A stretch of DNA of 64,000 bases from Paraspadella gotoi (taxonomy: Eukaryota > Animalia > Chaetognatha), in NCBI GenBank assembly GCA_051294375.1, contig CM119271.1:1296721-1360720 (forward strand), in the 5' to 3' direction. The position numbers were made by a program, and so were the translations under genes. The notes beneath the pieces were generated by a model that made no database searches, was not told where the DNA came from, and saw nothing but the letters and a program-made list of their open reading frames with translations. This document shows positions 19,301-31,356 of this stretch, in pieces (position 1 is the stretch's first letter; every line of letters begins with the position of its first letter).

Positions 19301-22076
19301 TTAAAACGGGGGGGGGGAAGTAAATTTTTTAAATTTTTTTTATTCTCTGTCGTAGAAGCTTATTTATGTTAAAACGTTTGGCTTTTTTTTGCAATCTAAA
19401 CATTAAAATATCATATAACATATTTTATAAAAGTTTCTTAGTTTTTTATGGCGAATCCAAAATTGTTCTTAAAAATAAAATAAAATTTATTTTTAAATTT
19501 AATGATTTTATAAAGATATTACTATATAAATAATTTAATTTACTACTACTACTAATGTTTTTAAAGGATTTAAAATTCGTTAATTACATGTCCATCGGCA
19601 ATAAAAAAATAATGTTCAATCACTCAATCATTTCACCAGTCCACCCTATTGTACAATTCAATAAGTCCACCTTTTTCTTTATTCGTCTCTCAAGTTCTCG
19701 TCGAAGACCCTTCCCTGCCCAAGGCGCTCCGTTGCAAGATCCGTGAGTTGAAGGACCGTCGCGGGAGCCGCGTCCGTGTCTACGGTTGGGTCCATCGTCT
19801 GCGCACGCAGGGCAAGAAGATGATGTTCGTTGTTCTGCGCGACGGGACGGGATTTCTCCAGTGCGTCCTGCTCGACAAGCTTTGCCAGACCGTGAGCGCC
19901 TTAACGCTGGCCACCGAATCCGCCGTCGCCATGTATGGAGAGCTTCAGGAGGTGCCGGCCGGGAAGTCGGCGCCCGGCGGGCACGAGCTCGTTGTCGACT
20001 ATTGGGAAGTCATCGGAGCGGCGCCGCCGGGTGAGTCTTGAATCTTGGTCAATCAGAGGTGGAGGATTTCAATTTTTTACGTTGTATAAAAGTAGCCACT
20101 TATTTCGCACCGAAAAAAAATACATTGGATGGCTGAATTTTACATAAACAAAGCTTATTGAAAAAAGTCATATTAAAATAAAGCAAAGCGTTTGAAAGTT
20201 AGTATAGGACGTCAAAGTTGATTGGTACAAAAAACCTGACGAGAACAAATTAATTTCTGTCAAGAAGTCTATGACTTTCCCCTATTATTAAATATTTATA
20301 TTATGATCTTTTCTTTTCGTAACTCATTCAAACTTTTACCAAATGTTAAATATTTATAATATGAAATTAGTTAAACGAATTCAGCATCAAGTATCTGTAG
20401 GGATAGGTGTCAACCATTTTTAACCTAAATCAAATTAAAATAAGTAGACAAACTATATGGAAAAACAATATGTCAAAAGTGAAGAAAAAGCAGTTGAGTA
20501 ATAACTTACCCAAGGTTACTTTTAAAGCTTTTTTACAGTTTTTTCCTTATGGCATCTCGTGTTGTTTTTTCTCTTCATTCTTCCACATTTTTCACAAAAG
20601 GCGGAGCGGACAACCTCCTCAACGAAGAGGCCAACATAGACGTCCAACTGGACAACCGCCACATGATGATCCGCGGGGAGAACACGTCCAAGGTTCTCAA
20701 GCTCCGCTGCCTCGTGACCCAAGCCTTCCGCGACCACTACTACGATCGAGGCTATTACGAGGTTACCCCGCCGACGATGGTGCAGACCCAGTGCGAGGGT
20801 GGCTCCACTCTTTTTAAATTTGACTACTTTGGCGAGGAGGTGAGAGAGATGGCGTGGGAGAGCCAAGAGAGCTTTTGCTATTCTGATTTCGTAGTATTTA
20901 CTATGTATAGTATCAATTATCAATAATTTTATAATGAAATACTATTAAAAAAGTTAAAAATTAGTTCGGGTCTTTACGATTAGTTTTATGACAAGTTTTC
21001 GCCGCCATATTTCCAATCAGGCTTACCTGACCCAATCCTCCCAACTATACCTGGAGACCTGCCTTCCGTCCCTCGGTGACGTGTTTTGCGTGGCGCAGTC
21101 GTACCGCGCCGAGCAGTCGCGCACCCGACGCCATTTGGCCGAGTACACTCACGTCGAGGCCGAATGCCCCTTTATCAAGGTTTTTAAAAAAATACTTCTT
21201 AAAGTTCCCTATCTTTTATACATATTTAAGTACATAGAAGACTATGGAAAATTTAAATCAAACTTCACATTTTTAAATTTCTTAATTCTGGCTAAATTGT
21301 TTATTATTAATTTATTATTCTTACCATTTTTTGCGGCCTCCATTCCTCCAGTTCGACGATCTCCTCGACCGGATCGAGGACTTGGTCTGCGACGTCGTCG
21401 ACCGGGTGATGCGAAGTCCCGAGGCGGCGGCCTTGGTAACGGAGCTCAACCCCGGATTTAAGAAGCCCAAGAAGCCCTTCAAGCGGATGGAGTATTCGGA
21501 GGCCGTCGAATATCTCAAGTCGCACGACATCCGTAAGGACGACGGGACGTTCTACGAGTTCGGCGAAGACATTCCCGAAAAACCCGAGAGAGCGATGACG
21601 GATCAGATCGGGGAACCCATCCTGCTTTGCAAGTTTCCCTGTGAGATAAAATCCTTTTACATGGAGAGGTAAAAATGAGGGGAAGAGGAGCACGAATAAT
21701 TTTTTTTTTTTTTGATGATTGGTTAATGGTTATGGAGCAATTGAAGCATTTACCAAAAAAAAATCCTTTGAAATCCGACAGATGCCCCGACGACCGACGC
21801 CTCACCGAAAGCGTCGATCTCCTCATGCCCACTGTGGGCGAGATCGTGGGCGGATCCATGCGTATGTGGGACGCGGAAGAATTACGTCGCGCCTATGACA
21901 AAGAGGGCATCGACCCCGCTCCTTATTATTGGTATACGGACCAACGGAAGTACGGATCCTGTCCTCACGGCGGTTACGGATTGGGACTGGAACGGTTTCT
22001 AGTCTGGTTGGCGGGACGACAACACATACGAGAGTGCTGCCTCTATCCGCGTTTCGTGCAACGGTGCACGCCGTGA
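13351..22076 (+). CDS. NARS1: Cytoplasmic asparaginyl-tRNA synthetase (7 exons)
   Basis: Exons 13351-13519, 19006-19167, 19695-20030, 20601-20839, 21021-21179, 21352-21668, 21782-22076. Motifs: [10 protein letters not shown]-terminal extension, [58 protein letters not shown]. Confidence 0.97.
13555..14156. mobile_element. Palindromic AT-rich MITE in NARS1 intron 1
   Basis: TIRs ggcgtagtgaaa / ttttactacgcc flanked by TTAA and TTAG (Kolobok-like TTAA or TA target). The two halves are imperfect reverse complements over almost the whole length. Confidence 0.75.
14560..16340 (+). pseudogene. Frameshifted DIRS gag-like coding remnant
   Basis: Cys/His-rich N-terminal remnant (HGA*YGCRG...VCQC), a helical segment ([22 protein letters not shown]), the [29 protein letters not shown] motif resembling DIRS gag, and an Arg/Ser-rich tail, spread over several frames. 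Confidence 0.5.
15107..15194 (+). other. DIRS internal complementary region (ICR)
   Basis: 15107-15139 is the reverse complement of 14227-14260; 15140-15194 is the reverse complement of ~18944-18996. Confidence 0.88.
16342..18745. mobile_element. Non-autonomous long-TIR DNA transposon (hAT-like), nested in the DIRS
   Basis: TAGACACATTTAAATCCG...CGGATTTAAATGTGTCTA; arms ~16342-17187 and 17837-18745; exact 8-bp TSD ACGTCCGG at 16334-16341 and 18746-18753. Confidence 0.88.
20095..20282 (+). repeat. Dispersed repeat family 3 (NARS1 intron 3)
   Basis: Colinear similarity with 32477-32690 (gatggctgaatttt...aaagcgtt.gaaagtta...gattggtacaaaaa). Confidence 0.65.
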
Positions 22077-22350
22077 AGGGGCTTCGAGTTAAGCTCTCCG
22101 AAGATCGCGATCTCGGGAAAACTAGCCCGCTAGTCTCCGTGCGGATTGACCTCGCCATATTTTTTTTTTTTTAATCTGGTGTGCGAACCTTAGGCTATTT
22201 AAAATATATATTATTTTTAGACTGTTACTGTGATCGCTGGATTCATTTTAATGCTAATTGTAGTAATTATTAAAGTACATTTTACTCTTGTTGCTTTATC
22301 ATTTTTCCAGTTGAGATAATCGCATTTAACGAAAAAAAAACCACCCAATA

Positions 22351-23001
22351 ATGTCCGCCGAGTCACCCCTGAGATTTTTTCCCAGTGACGTAGCCAATGA
22401 CCCAGATAGAATAAAATTCCTTTTCGAACCAGTCCAGAACAAATCCAACACTAAGATGTGGGAAAATGCCATTCAGGAATACCTTTTGTTTAAAAAGGTT
22501 TTGACCTTTGACCTCTCCAAACTTCTCGATGCCTTCACTCTCCCCGACGATCAAAAACCTCAATGTTTGGAGAAGATATTGAGGAACTTAGCGGTGAGGG
22601 GAGTCATCGTGGGCGATGAGCCCTACTTTCTCAGTCTTCGCGAGGAGAAGGATGAAAAAAAGGGATTGGTTGCGCGGATCCAGTCTTGGTTGAGGTCTCG
22701 AACGGGAACGGCGGGAATTTTCGACCCAAACAATAGATACATCTGGCCCGGAGTGGCCGAAGATATGGTTCGTTCGTTGCACGACCATTTTCGAGCGATC
22801 TTTATTGACGAATCGGGGGAGGGGGATTCCGCTTCCGCCAATTCCCTCGATTGGGACGCCTTCTTTGCCAAGTGCTCTTTTGTGGCCGAAGACGAGTGGA
22901 CGTTTTTGATCCTCATTACCCTACTGAGCAAGCAGGGACTTGTCAATGTGACTGTGGATGAAGGAAAGGAGAAAAAAATGGTCTCTCTCGTCTCTCAATG
23001 A
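22351..23001 (+). CDS. CHMP7-like paralogue containing only the N-terminal (winged-helix) half, 216 aa
   Basis: Aligns by eye with the downstream CHMP7 N-terminus (SPLRFFPSDVANDPDRI / SPGRFFPIDLAEDPDRM; KMWENA / KTWENA; KPQCLE / KPVCLE; DEWTFLILI / DEGTFSILI). Stops before the Snf7 domain. Confidence 0.8.
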   Translation: MSAESPLRFFPSDVANDPDRIKFLFEPVQNKSNTKMWENAIQEYLLFKKVLTFDLSKLLDAFTLPDDQKPQCLEKILRNLAVRGVIVGDEPYFLSLREEKDEKKGLVARIQSWLRSRTGTAGIFDPNNRYIWPGVAEDMVRSLHDHFRAIFIDESGEGDSASANSLDWDAFFAKCSFVAEDEWTFLILITLLSKQGLVNVTVDEGKEKKMVSLVSQ

Positions 23002-23226
23002 ATGGGTTTGGCTTTTACTATAATTAGCAACAGATAAAAAGAAACCAGTGTCATTTTTTGTTTGTGCATGATGTTGTCTTATTCTGGGGGGGAAAAATTC
23101 CGAGATTTTCACGTTTCCGCATATTTTCTTTCAGTTATTTTGCTTTTATATTTACATTTTTTATTTGTTTTTACTTAAAGGCTACAATGAAAATAAGATT
23201 TTTACATTAAACAAAAACACATTAAA

Positions 23227-24609
23227 ATGAGCGAAGGTTCACCGGGTCGATTTTTCCCGATCGACCTGGCCGAGGATCCAGATCGAATGAGAGTTCTCTA
23301 CGCCCCGTTTCGCGACAAATCGATTAACCCCGCGGGCTACGAGTCCAAGATGAAGACTTGGGAAAACGCCCTTCTCTCTTTCCTCCAGACCCAAAAGAGA
23401 GCCACTTTTGATCTAAACTCTGCCCTCGAAGCCTTCGCTCGTTCCGACGGAGAAAAGCCGGTCTGTCTCGAGACGGTCGTCGCCGATCTCGCCGCCAGAG
23501 GGATCGTCTTGCCCGCTGAATCGTATCAGTCTAATCTCGCTGCCGAAAACAGTCGGAGCTGGTTGGGATGGGGCGTTGATTTGGTGATCAAGAGACCGAT
23601 AAGCTGGGTGCTAAGTTCGGCGATGGGAAGCGGCGCCACGATCGATCCCAAAGCCCTATTCGTTTGGCCAAAAGCGGCGGAGGAGATGGCGCGACGTCTG
23701 CGTGATCGATGCCGCGAGATTCTCGACGACCGGACGTCGGAAGTGGATTCGGCGCTCGAGTGGGAGGTCCTCTTTGGGAAATGCGCCGACGTGACCGATG
23801 ACGAAGGGACTTTCTCCATCCTCATCTCTATCCTTCGCAAGTGGGGATTTCTCGACGTGACTATGGTGCAGTTGGCCCAGGGCAAGGAGCGCATCCTGGT
23901 GTCTCGAATAGACACAGCGCTCTCCTCATCGGTCGTCGCGTCGCCGGGGCGACCTCCAACCCGAATCAAGAAGGAACTCTCGGAGCGCGACAAGACTGTC
24001 CTTCAGTTGGAAGCCACGGCAGGAGAGTTGGTGCGGCGAATCGAACGGCTCCACGCTGAAGCGACCGAGCACAAAGATGTTGCTCGTCGCTACGTCGCAA
24101 AGGGCATCAGACCTCTCGCTCTCAACGCCCTCAAGCGGAAGCGGGCCTGCGAGCATCGACTAGAGAACAGGGAGAGGTCATTGGAGCAGGTGGAGGCTCT
24201 CATATCTAAACTGAGAGACGTGGATGACGACCGAATGGTTCTGTCCGCCTACAAGGAAGCCGCCGCCGCGCTGAGCAACTCGCTCGCCGACGGTGACCTG
24301 ACGGCGGAGAATGTCGACGACACCGTCGACGAGTTGAAGGAGTTGTTGGAGCGGCAGGGGGAAGTCGCTGCCGCATTGGGCATGGAGCTCGGTGGTGATA
24401 ATGACGACGACAACGAATTAGCCGAAGAGTTGGAAAGAATTCTCGACGAAAGCGACGAGGAACTGAGACTGCCCGACGTGCCAGTCTTAAGCGCCCGTCT
24501 CCCCGACGTGCCCGACTCTGAATGCCAGGATGGAGAAAGCGTCGCTGCGATGCTGGAGAAAATGGGTCTTTCGCCGCCTCAGAAGTCGGTGAAGCAGATC
24601 GCCTCCTGA
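23227..24609 (+). CDS. CHMP7: Charged multivesicular body protein 7 (intronless, 460 aa)
   Basis: CHMP7 N-terminus (RMRVLYAPFRDKSINP..YESKMKTW, WLGWGVDLVIKRPISW) followed by a Snf7/ESCRT-III domain (ALNALKRKR, VLSAYK, DNELAEELE). Confidence 0.92.
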   Translation: MSEGSPGRFFPIDLAEDPDRMRVLYAPFRDKSINPAGYESKMKTWENALLSFLQTQKRATFDLNSALEAFARSDGEKPVCLETVVADLAARGIVLPAESYQSNLAAENSRSWLGWGVDLVIKRPISWVLSSAMGSGATIDPKALFVWPKAAEEMARRLRDRCREILDDRTSEVDSALEWEVLFGKCADVTDDEGTFSILISILRKWGFLDVTMVQLAQGKERILVSRIDTALSSSVVASPGRPPTRIKKELSERDKTVLQLEATAGELVRRIERLHAEATEHKDVARRYVAKGIRPLALNALKRKRACEHRLENRERSLEQVEALISKLRDVDDDRMVLSAYKEAAAALSNSLADGDLTAENVDDTVDELKELLERQGEVAAALGMELGGDNDDDNELAEELERILDESDEELRLPDVPVLSARLPDVPDSECQDGESVAAMLEKMGLSPPQKSVKQIAS

Positions 24610-25067
24610 TTATGAAGAAAATTATTCTTTTTAATACCGATTAATAATTTGTTAATATTGTTATTTATGGCGTAGCGATTTTTTTTTTTTTTTTTTTTTT
24701 TTTAGATTTTTCATTCGTTTTTTTCTTTTCTTTGGTTCCATTTGAGACAATATAGAAACGTGAAACTATTAAAATTATTATTTACATTCAAATGGACGAA
24801 CCGTTGCGAGTCTATTAATAATTATTATTGCTGCCTTTTAATCATGCATGTAAAATATATTGCGAAAGTTGCGCTTCTTATTTTTTTTATATTGTTAAAG
24901 GATCGATCAGATATGATGATTGTGACGTTGCGAGTCCCTTGACCAAAGGCGGGGAAAAATCAAGAGGCCTGGAATTTGGTACACACACAAAAAAAAGAGG
25001 TGACTTGGATTTTTTCTTCCCCCCAACCAACGCCGGCCTCGAATTTTTTTTCCCGACGACGACGACG

Positions 25068-28013
25068 ATGCGTGACTCGCTCTCCGTCTTCCTCTTCCTC
25101 TTCTTCTCCTTCCTCGCCCTCCCCTCCGCCTCGGCCTGGTGTCCTGAGGATTGGACCCACTTTCCCGGGGTCGGATGCTACATGGTGTCGGAGCACTCGA
25201 CCCACTTCGACGAGGCGCGCGCCGTCTGCGCCTCGTACGGCGCCACCATCGTCACCATCAACGACGAGGCGGAGCACGACGCCGTCAACAAGCTCATGAA
25301 CGAGGACATTCATCACTACTGGGTCGGCGCCGAGTTCAACCGCTCCGCCGACGAGTTTCGTTGGAGCGACGGGAGCGGAGTGCTGCAGCGGGAGAGGGTC
25401 GAGGGATTGGTCGGGGGAAGCGGCGAAGACGGCGCCGGTAGCCGCGTCTGCGTCGTCTATCGTTCCATCATGCTCTTTCCCGGATCCGACGGCGGCGTCG
25501 ATCGATCCAAGATGTTCGACTTTCAGATGCACACGGACAGGTGCGACGTCTCGTTTCGTTACATCTGCGAGAAGCGCAACTTGACGGCGACGACGGCGGC
25601 GCCGCCGACGACCCCGGAAACGACGCCGGAACCGTCCCTCGAACCCTCGTCGGCGATGGGGTGCGAGCCGAGGACCGTCACCGTCACGGTGACGGAGACT
25701 TTGGTTTCGTCCGTCATCGTTAAGCCGATTCAGGTGAGTCGAGTAGTGGTCGTCATGGAGATTTAGTTAAAAGCTGTGTGGTGAAAAAAGATGCGAGCGA
25801 GTGTGGACGTTTGTTCGTCGCTGGCCTCCTTTTTCGTTTCGTTCCGTTCGTAACTCGCGCTTTTAAAACCCGCAACCGCGATTTCAGCCGCTCGATTTCT
25901 ACGAAGAGGTAAGGTCTCTTTTTCGCGGATTCTTTGACTTGCCAGAGCGACTTTGAGTATATTAGTTTTTGTTTTTATTTTTCTCTAACAACTAGTACGA
26001 ATTTTATTTTAGGTTTAATTACCGCGTAGTAATTTAATGTTTGCGTTTTTTTTTTACATTTTTTTTTTATATCGAAGCGAAAGTAAGTGAAAATGATTTG
26101 TCGTTTTTTTTTTGATCATTGACTCTTTTAAATTCCCTTTCGCGAATGATTTTTAATGAAATAAGAAATGCGAAAAGATATCAAACCCAATGCCTGTTCC
26201 GAGTTTAATTTTTCTTTGCCGTTTCGTTTGTTTTTTTCCAATCATTTAGTTTATAGTTTGTTTTTTCTTACATCGAAGAGGCGGTCAAAAGCAATCGATT
26301 GCGCCCAGTAGTTCGTAGTTGGCCAAGAGATGTTAAAACAAATCTAATTAAATCATAAATCAAAACAAATCTAATTGAACGCCTCCTCGGATTCGCCCGA
26401 CGATCTCATTGGTTATTCATAAAAAGAAAAAAAAGAAAAAAAAAGAAAAAAATCTTACTTATCAACCTCATATCTGATAATGTTTTCCGCATCCCTTATT
26501 CCCCGCTCTTTACCCCTGTGCCCATTACCTTGTATTTTTTTCTTGCCGCATGACATGGATCACGGTTTGTATCGCGACTCTTACGACCTGCACGCCTCCT
26601 CTTGGGATTTTTATGGAAACCACTTTTTTTTGAAATTCTGCACGCTCACCTTTTTGGGCGGGTTTACGCTTTGGCGCATGTTGCCGTTTATTCTGCGTTG
26701 TTTCTTGTCGGTACCTTTTATATGAACTTATTGTATTCCCGCTGATATTGAATCATGTTTTGATCACTTTATATTTTTTGTTTTGACTTTTTTGGTTTTT
26801 ATTTTGTGGTCTTGTCGTCTCTTCTCTTCTCTTCTCCACTCAATCCTCCGGGGGCCCCACCCTGTAACCCCCTCAGGGTCCGATAGTCCTTCCCGCGGGG
26901 TTCGACACTGAAAACGAAACCGACTCGGACGGGAAGAAGAAGGCGCGCGAGTTCCCCTCGCGTTTCTCGCCGGCGGAGAAATCGGTCCGAATGGTCATCT
27001 CCAAGAGTCTGGGGACGATGGCCGTCATGATCGTGGTCATCGTCGTCGTGGGCATCTGCCTCCTCGACATTCCCTGCGAACGCTTCTTCGGCGACGGCGA
27101 CAAAAAGTCATCGTCGACGGGCTGGCTCTGCGGCTGCGGCTGCTGCGAGAGGGAGACGGCCAGGGGGGGTTCCGCGTCTCGCTCGTCCGGGGTGGTCACG
27201 ACCCTGACGGCCCCCGGTCAAAGGGGAGGCGGGGCTGGTGGCGGGGGTACCGTTGGCGGATCGAGGTACGCGGGCGGTGAGAATAACAACAATAATCGCC
27301 GAGCCGAGCCGGGACCTTCTTATGCAGAGGGAGAATCCTCCTCCTCCTCTTCTCCGGCGCTCATCCTTCTTCCCTCGTCGTCGAGGGGCGCTGAGGGCAA
27401 TCCCGTCGGGGCCTCTTCGCTTTCAAAGTCGCTGGGCGGGGCGAATGATGATGACGGTTGCGGGGGCGGAATGAACGAGACGCTGGAAAGCGTCGTACAG
27501 CCGGGCACGCCCTTCAGGGGTGGTGTCAATCTGATGGGCGTTTCGACGCCCGTAGGGACTCCGGCCAGGCGCGGGGGCGCCGGTGGAGGGGGGCCGGGAT
27601 TTGGTCCAAAAGTAGGGGCTGGTGTCGGTCCGGCGAGGGAGTCCCCCAAGCCTCAAGAGGTTCTTTTGATTTCCAAGTATCCCCACGCGACGGGCATGCC
27701 GACTCCGGTCGTGCAGCAGTCCGCCTCTCCGAGCCTGCTGGACACGGAGATCAGGAAGAGGCAATTGCGCAGCGGGATGGCCGCCGGCGGACCCTTGAAC
27801 GGGTCGGGGCCGGGAATCGGATCCAATGTTTTGGACGCGCCCGTACCGATTATCCCGGCCGGGACAACGCGGGTGCCGACGTTGACCAACGCGGGCGACG
27901 GACCTCTTCAGAACCCGGCTTTGAACGGGCCCTCCGTTCCTGTCGCCCGTTACGTCGATTTCCCCATTTTGGAACCCACGAGGTCGCACGCCGCTAAAGT
28001 AGTGGCCAACTGA
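25068..28013 (+). CDS. Type I transmembrane C-type lectin domain protein (2 exons)
   Basis: Exon 25068-25733 encodes a signal peptide, CTLD (CPEDW..CY..A..C..YWVG..FRWSDGS..YICEK) and Thr/Pro stalk. It splices in frame (CAG|GTGAGT ... CTCAG|GGT) to exon 26877-28013, which encodes a TM helix, a Cys cluster and a long Gly/Pro/Ser tail. Confidence 0.8.
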
Positions 28014-29079
28014 AAAAGGGTTTCTCTCTTTTTTTTTAGACCCGAATTGATCGGAAAAAATTTGAACTCGGTCCGATTCTGCTTACGCTATAGTCGTTTT
28101 GGAGCAGATGTACATTTGTTTTCTGATTGCTAACGTCAAACGTATTATTCAAACAACCCCTCATATCATCGTTATTTTGAGGTAACTTGGGTTTCTCCAT
28201 TTTTGCTCTGTTGATATGTGTTAGGTTTTTCATTTGTTATATTTTAATCTAGAAGTGTGCTAAAAAATAACTGATTATATCAAAATGGTTGAGATATTTG
28301 AAGTGTCTTTTAAAATTTTATAAATTACATTTCTAGATTTTGTATTTCCAGATTCTGAAATTATTTTTCTTATGTTTAAAACGGCTTTTTTTTATATACC
28401 AACGGTCCAACGTGCTTGGTCAAAAAAATTACGTTGGCTCCCAATGTGCAATATCTATATTTCATAAGACAGCGCTTATGATATTATTAGTATCAACGGT
28501 TAAAAATTATGAATTAACTATTTAGTAAAATGTAAATATCACCTAATTGTTTTGAGTACGTATTAAATCTCCAAAGTAAGCAATTAAGAATTTATGGAAG
28601 TTGTTTCCCAAAAGTGTTGCTTGTCGGTCTTTTTAATTTATGTATTCCATGAGCATTTGAAACACGCCGCTATAAAAAATTCACCATACGAAAATGTAAA
28701 GATTTTAACATTTTAAATAAATATCTATAAAGACAAGACTCATACATTTTATATATATAAATTTTTTATTAATTGATTTTGTTTTGAGTCCGTAATGAAG
28801 CGAAAATGATAAGGAGCAAATTAGAGCTTTTGAATAAAAAAAGGAAATTCTTTACCTGGAATTCATAGCTCTTAAACAATTATAATCTCCTTAATTTGTG
28901 CAAATATGGGCATCGCAAGAAAGCCCGTTTAAAATTGATTCAGGAATATTGATTATAATTTCTTAAAAGTAATATACCCTAGTGACTATTTTTAAAACTA
29001 AGGTAATCATAATTCTATAACTTTGACTGTCCTTTAAGAGATATTTTCTTATGCTACAGAATCAGATCAATTTCTTGGC

Positions 29080-29197
29080 GTAATTTATCATAATTCGATA
29101 TTCTGAGATGATGTAGGTAACTTACCGACAAGATTTTGGAGTGGGACCGACGGAACCAACAAAGTGGATTATAGAGCCGAGATAGCGAGAACACAAG
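29080..29197. repeat. Partial copy of repeat family 1 ending at an assembly gap
   Basis: taatttatcataattcgat.ttctga.atgat...ccgac...aaagtggattatagag matches 3086-3180. Confidence 0.6.
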
Positions 29198-29207
29198 NNN
29201 NNNNNNN
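29198..29207. other. Assembly gap (10 N)
   Basis: Run of N. Confidence 0.99.
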
Positions 29208-30344
29208 AAGAATTTACGGATGTTATTATATCAAATTGAAGCCAAGAGAGTGGTCTATCATTATCTGCAGCCATATTTACCTTTTGTTTTAATTAAGAGA
29301 TACAACTGTAGGGAAAAGAAAGACATTAAAAAAAAGCCACAAACCAGTCCTCTTTAATTGCACTTTTAAATATTAAAATGTCAAAAGATTGCTCGCGCTC
29401 CCCCCCAGTTGTCTTCCCAAGACCCTACGATTTCGAAATATGCCCATATTGCCACACTTTGTATTGGTCTTGACTATATACTTTTAATGAAACTATTTTT
29501 TAACGGAAATCGACGAAAATCTGATTATTCCCTCGAGCCGAACTCGTCTCCTCGCTAGCCGAGATCTGGCTAAAAATGATTGTCTCTTTTTAAAATGTTG
29601 AATCTTTTCACGTTTTCGTTCGGTAAATTTTTCTAGCGGCGGGTTTGAAATGGTCACCATGTATTTTTTTAAATAAAAATTACGTCGAAATTTTTAATTT
29701 TATAATTTTAAATAAGCACACATATAATTTTATGTTGAGGAAAATAATTGTTAGAAAAAAATAAAAAAATAAACCCGAGATTACGCACTACATTATGAAT
29801 CAATATTTTTAAATATAAGCTTGATGTTTTTAGTTTTATAGCCCTATAAAAATATCTGAAACTATTGCAATTGACAATCTATTATAGTTGTGTAAATAAG
29901 ATATTGTAATTGTTATACTTGTTGAATTTACTGTATCTTTTCAGTGAATTTCAAATTAATTTTAATCTTACTAATTCTATCGTTCCCCATATTAACCAAA
30001 CCAAAAATTCCCCGTTGACCTAAATTCCGATTCCTCAAGCTTGCTGTTTATGATGTTACCCAAATTTTCCTCTTATCGATCGTCTATTTTAGTTGAAAAT
30101 TGGTCGTCTTTCCCTAAATTTAAGCATTTTGCAGTTTAAATGACTTATAGAACCTTAATGAAAACTAATTCAGCAAAACGTTCGATCGTACTACTAGGAT
30201 AGCCGCTAGCCCTAGTCAATTTAAAGTTGAGTAAGCGCTGTTGTGAACTGATTGGTTCAGGTTTTTAGGATGAATAGTTAAATACGATTAGTTGTACATA
30301 AAATGCGGTTGATAGTATCTTCTGATTGAGTTTACCCGTTAATA

Positions 30345-30985
30345 TTTTTATCGTCGCAATCGCTAAGCGTTTGCGACGATATTGTAATACTTTTGCGCAT
30401 AAGTGGCGTCGTCGTCGTCGTCGTTGTTGTCGGCGTATAGATCGCCTTTTTTATGATTAAATTTGAGTGTATGAAGCTCAAAATTTATATACAGCTTCTC
30501 ATCATCGATGTGCTTAAAATTGAGTCTGGACAGTTATTAAATGTTTTGTTTACGTTTTATCAAGACAAACAAATTTTAATATTTCTTTCTCTCTCTCTCT
30601 TTTCTTTTCTAATTACATGTCTCTCTCCCTCTCTCTTTTCCCTAGTCACTGATTCATAACACTGTGAAAGAGTCTTGATTGAAAACTTGCAGGGACCTGC
30701 TATGTCATTATCTTGTTAGAGTGATGGAGGCCTTAAACCACCAAAGCCTGTCCAAGTCAGGGGCAAGATAGCTTATTTATTAAATGAATGGATAATTTTT
30801 ATATTGGTAGTCTGGCAAGCTTCCTATGGGACGGGTTGGAATATCTTTACAAAACCTCGGGAATATTACCTTGGTACCAAAATAAGAGATTTGAGATAGA
30901 ACGATTTTTTGTCTACAAAGCCAAAAGGTTCGTAATAAAAATCGGGTTACTCCAATATGCAAATGAGATTAACGTTTCACAGTAA
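30345..30985. mobile_element. Helentron-like repeat family 2 (longest copy)
   Basis: Terminal hairpin atcgtcgcaa-tcgctaagcgt-ttgcgacgat followed by (GTC)n. The body is shared with 6746-6865 and 47793-47922 and, inverted, with ~32949-33000. Confidence 0.55.
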
Positions 30986-31356
30986 AATTTTAATTTAATA
31001 AAAACTTATTAATCTAATATAAAAATTTAAATAAATGTTATAAAATCAAATTAAAAAGCTAGTATGTATAGTTTGATCAGCAGATAGGATAAAAAAAATA
31101 ATATTAAGCAATAAAAAGCGCATGAAAATACTATTGCAATGAAGGTTTCTTGTAACTTAATCCTTAAAGATAGTAAGACAGTGAAGCAATGACAAAAAGC
31201 CATTGAGACAGAGAGAGATTCAGTTCAATCAGTTTTTTGTTTTGCTCATAACCATATTAGTATTGTTTACTTGAATAATATTAAAATACTTTAATCGCAA
31301 TGATTCTTCAGATGCTTTCCTTTCCAGCGCTCTCTTCAATTAACTTCAGAGTAACA

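Noticed and set aside
22074-22133. Stop-codon readthrough extension of NARS1
   Set aside because: TGA is followed by A, not the leaky C context, and the extension ends in no recognisable targeting signal.
24828-25067. Upstream extension of the lectin ORF
   Set aside because: Non-ATG start in AT-rich sequence; the signal peptide begins at ATG 25068.
25880-25980. Spliced-leader RNA gene (donor followed by a U-rich Sm-like site)
   Set aside because: No convincing stem-loops or canonical Sm site and only one copy; better explained as an alternative exon donor.
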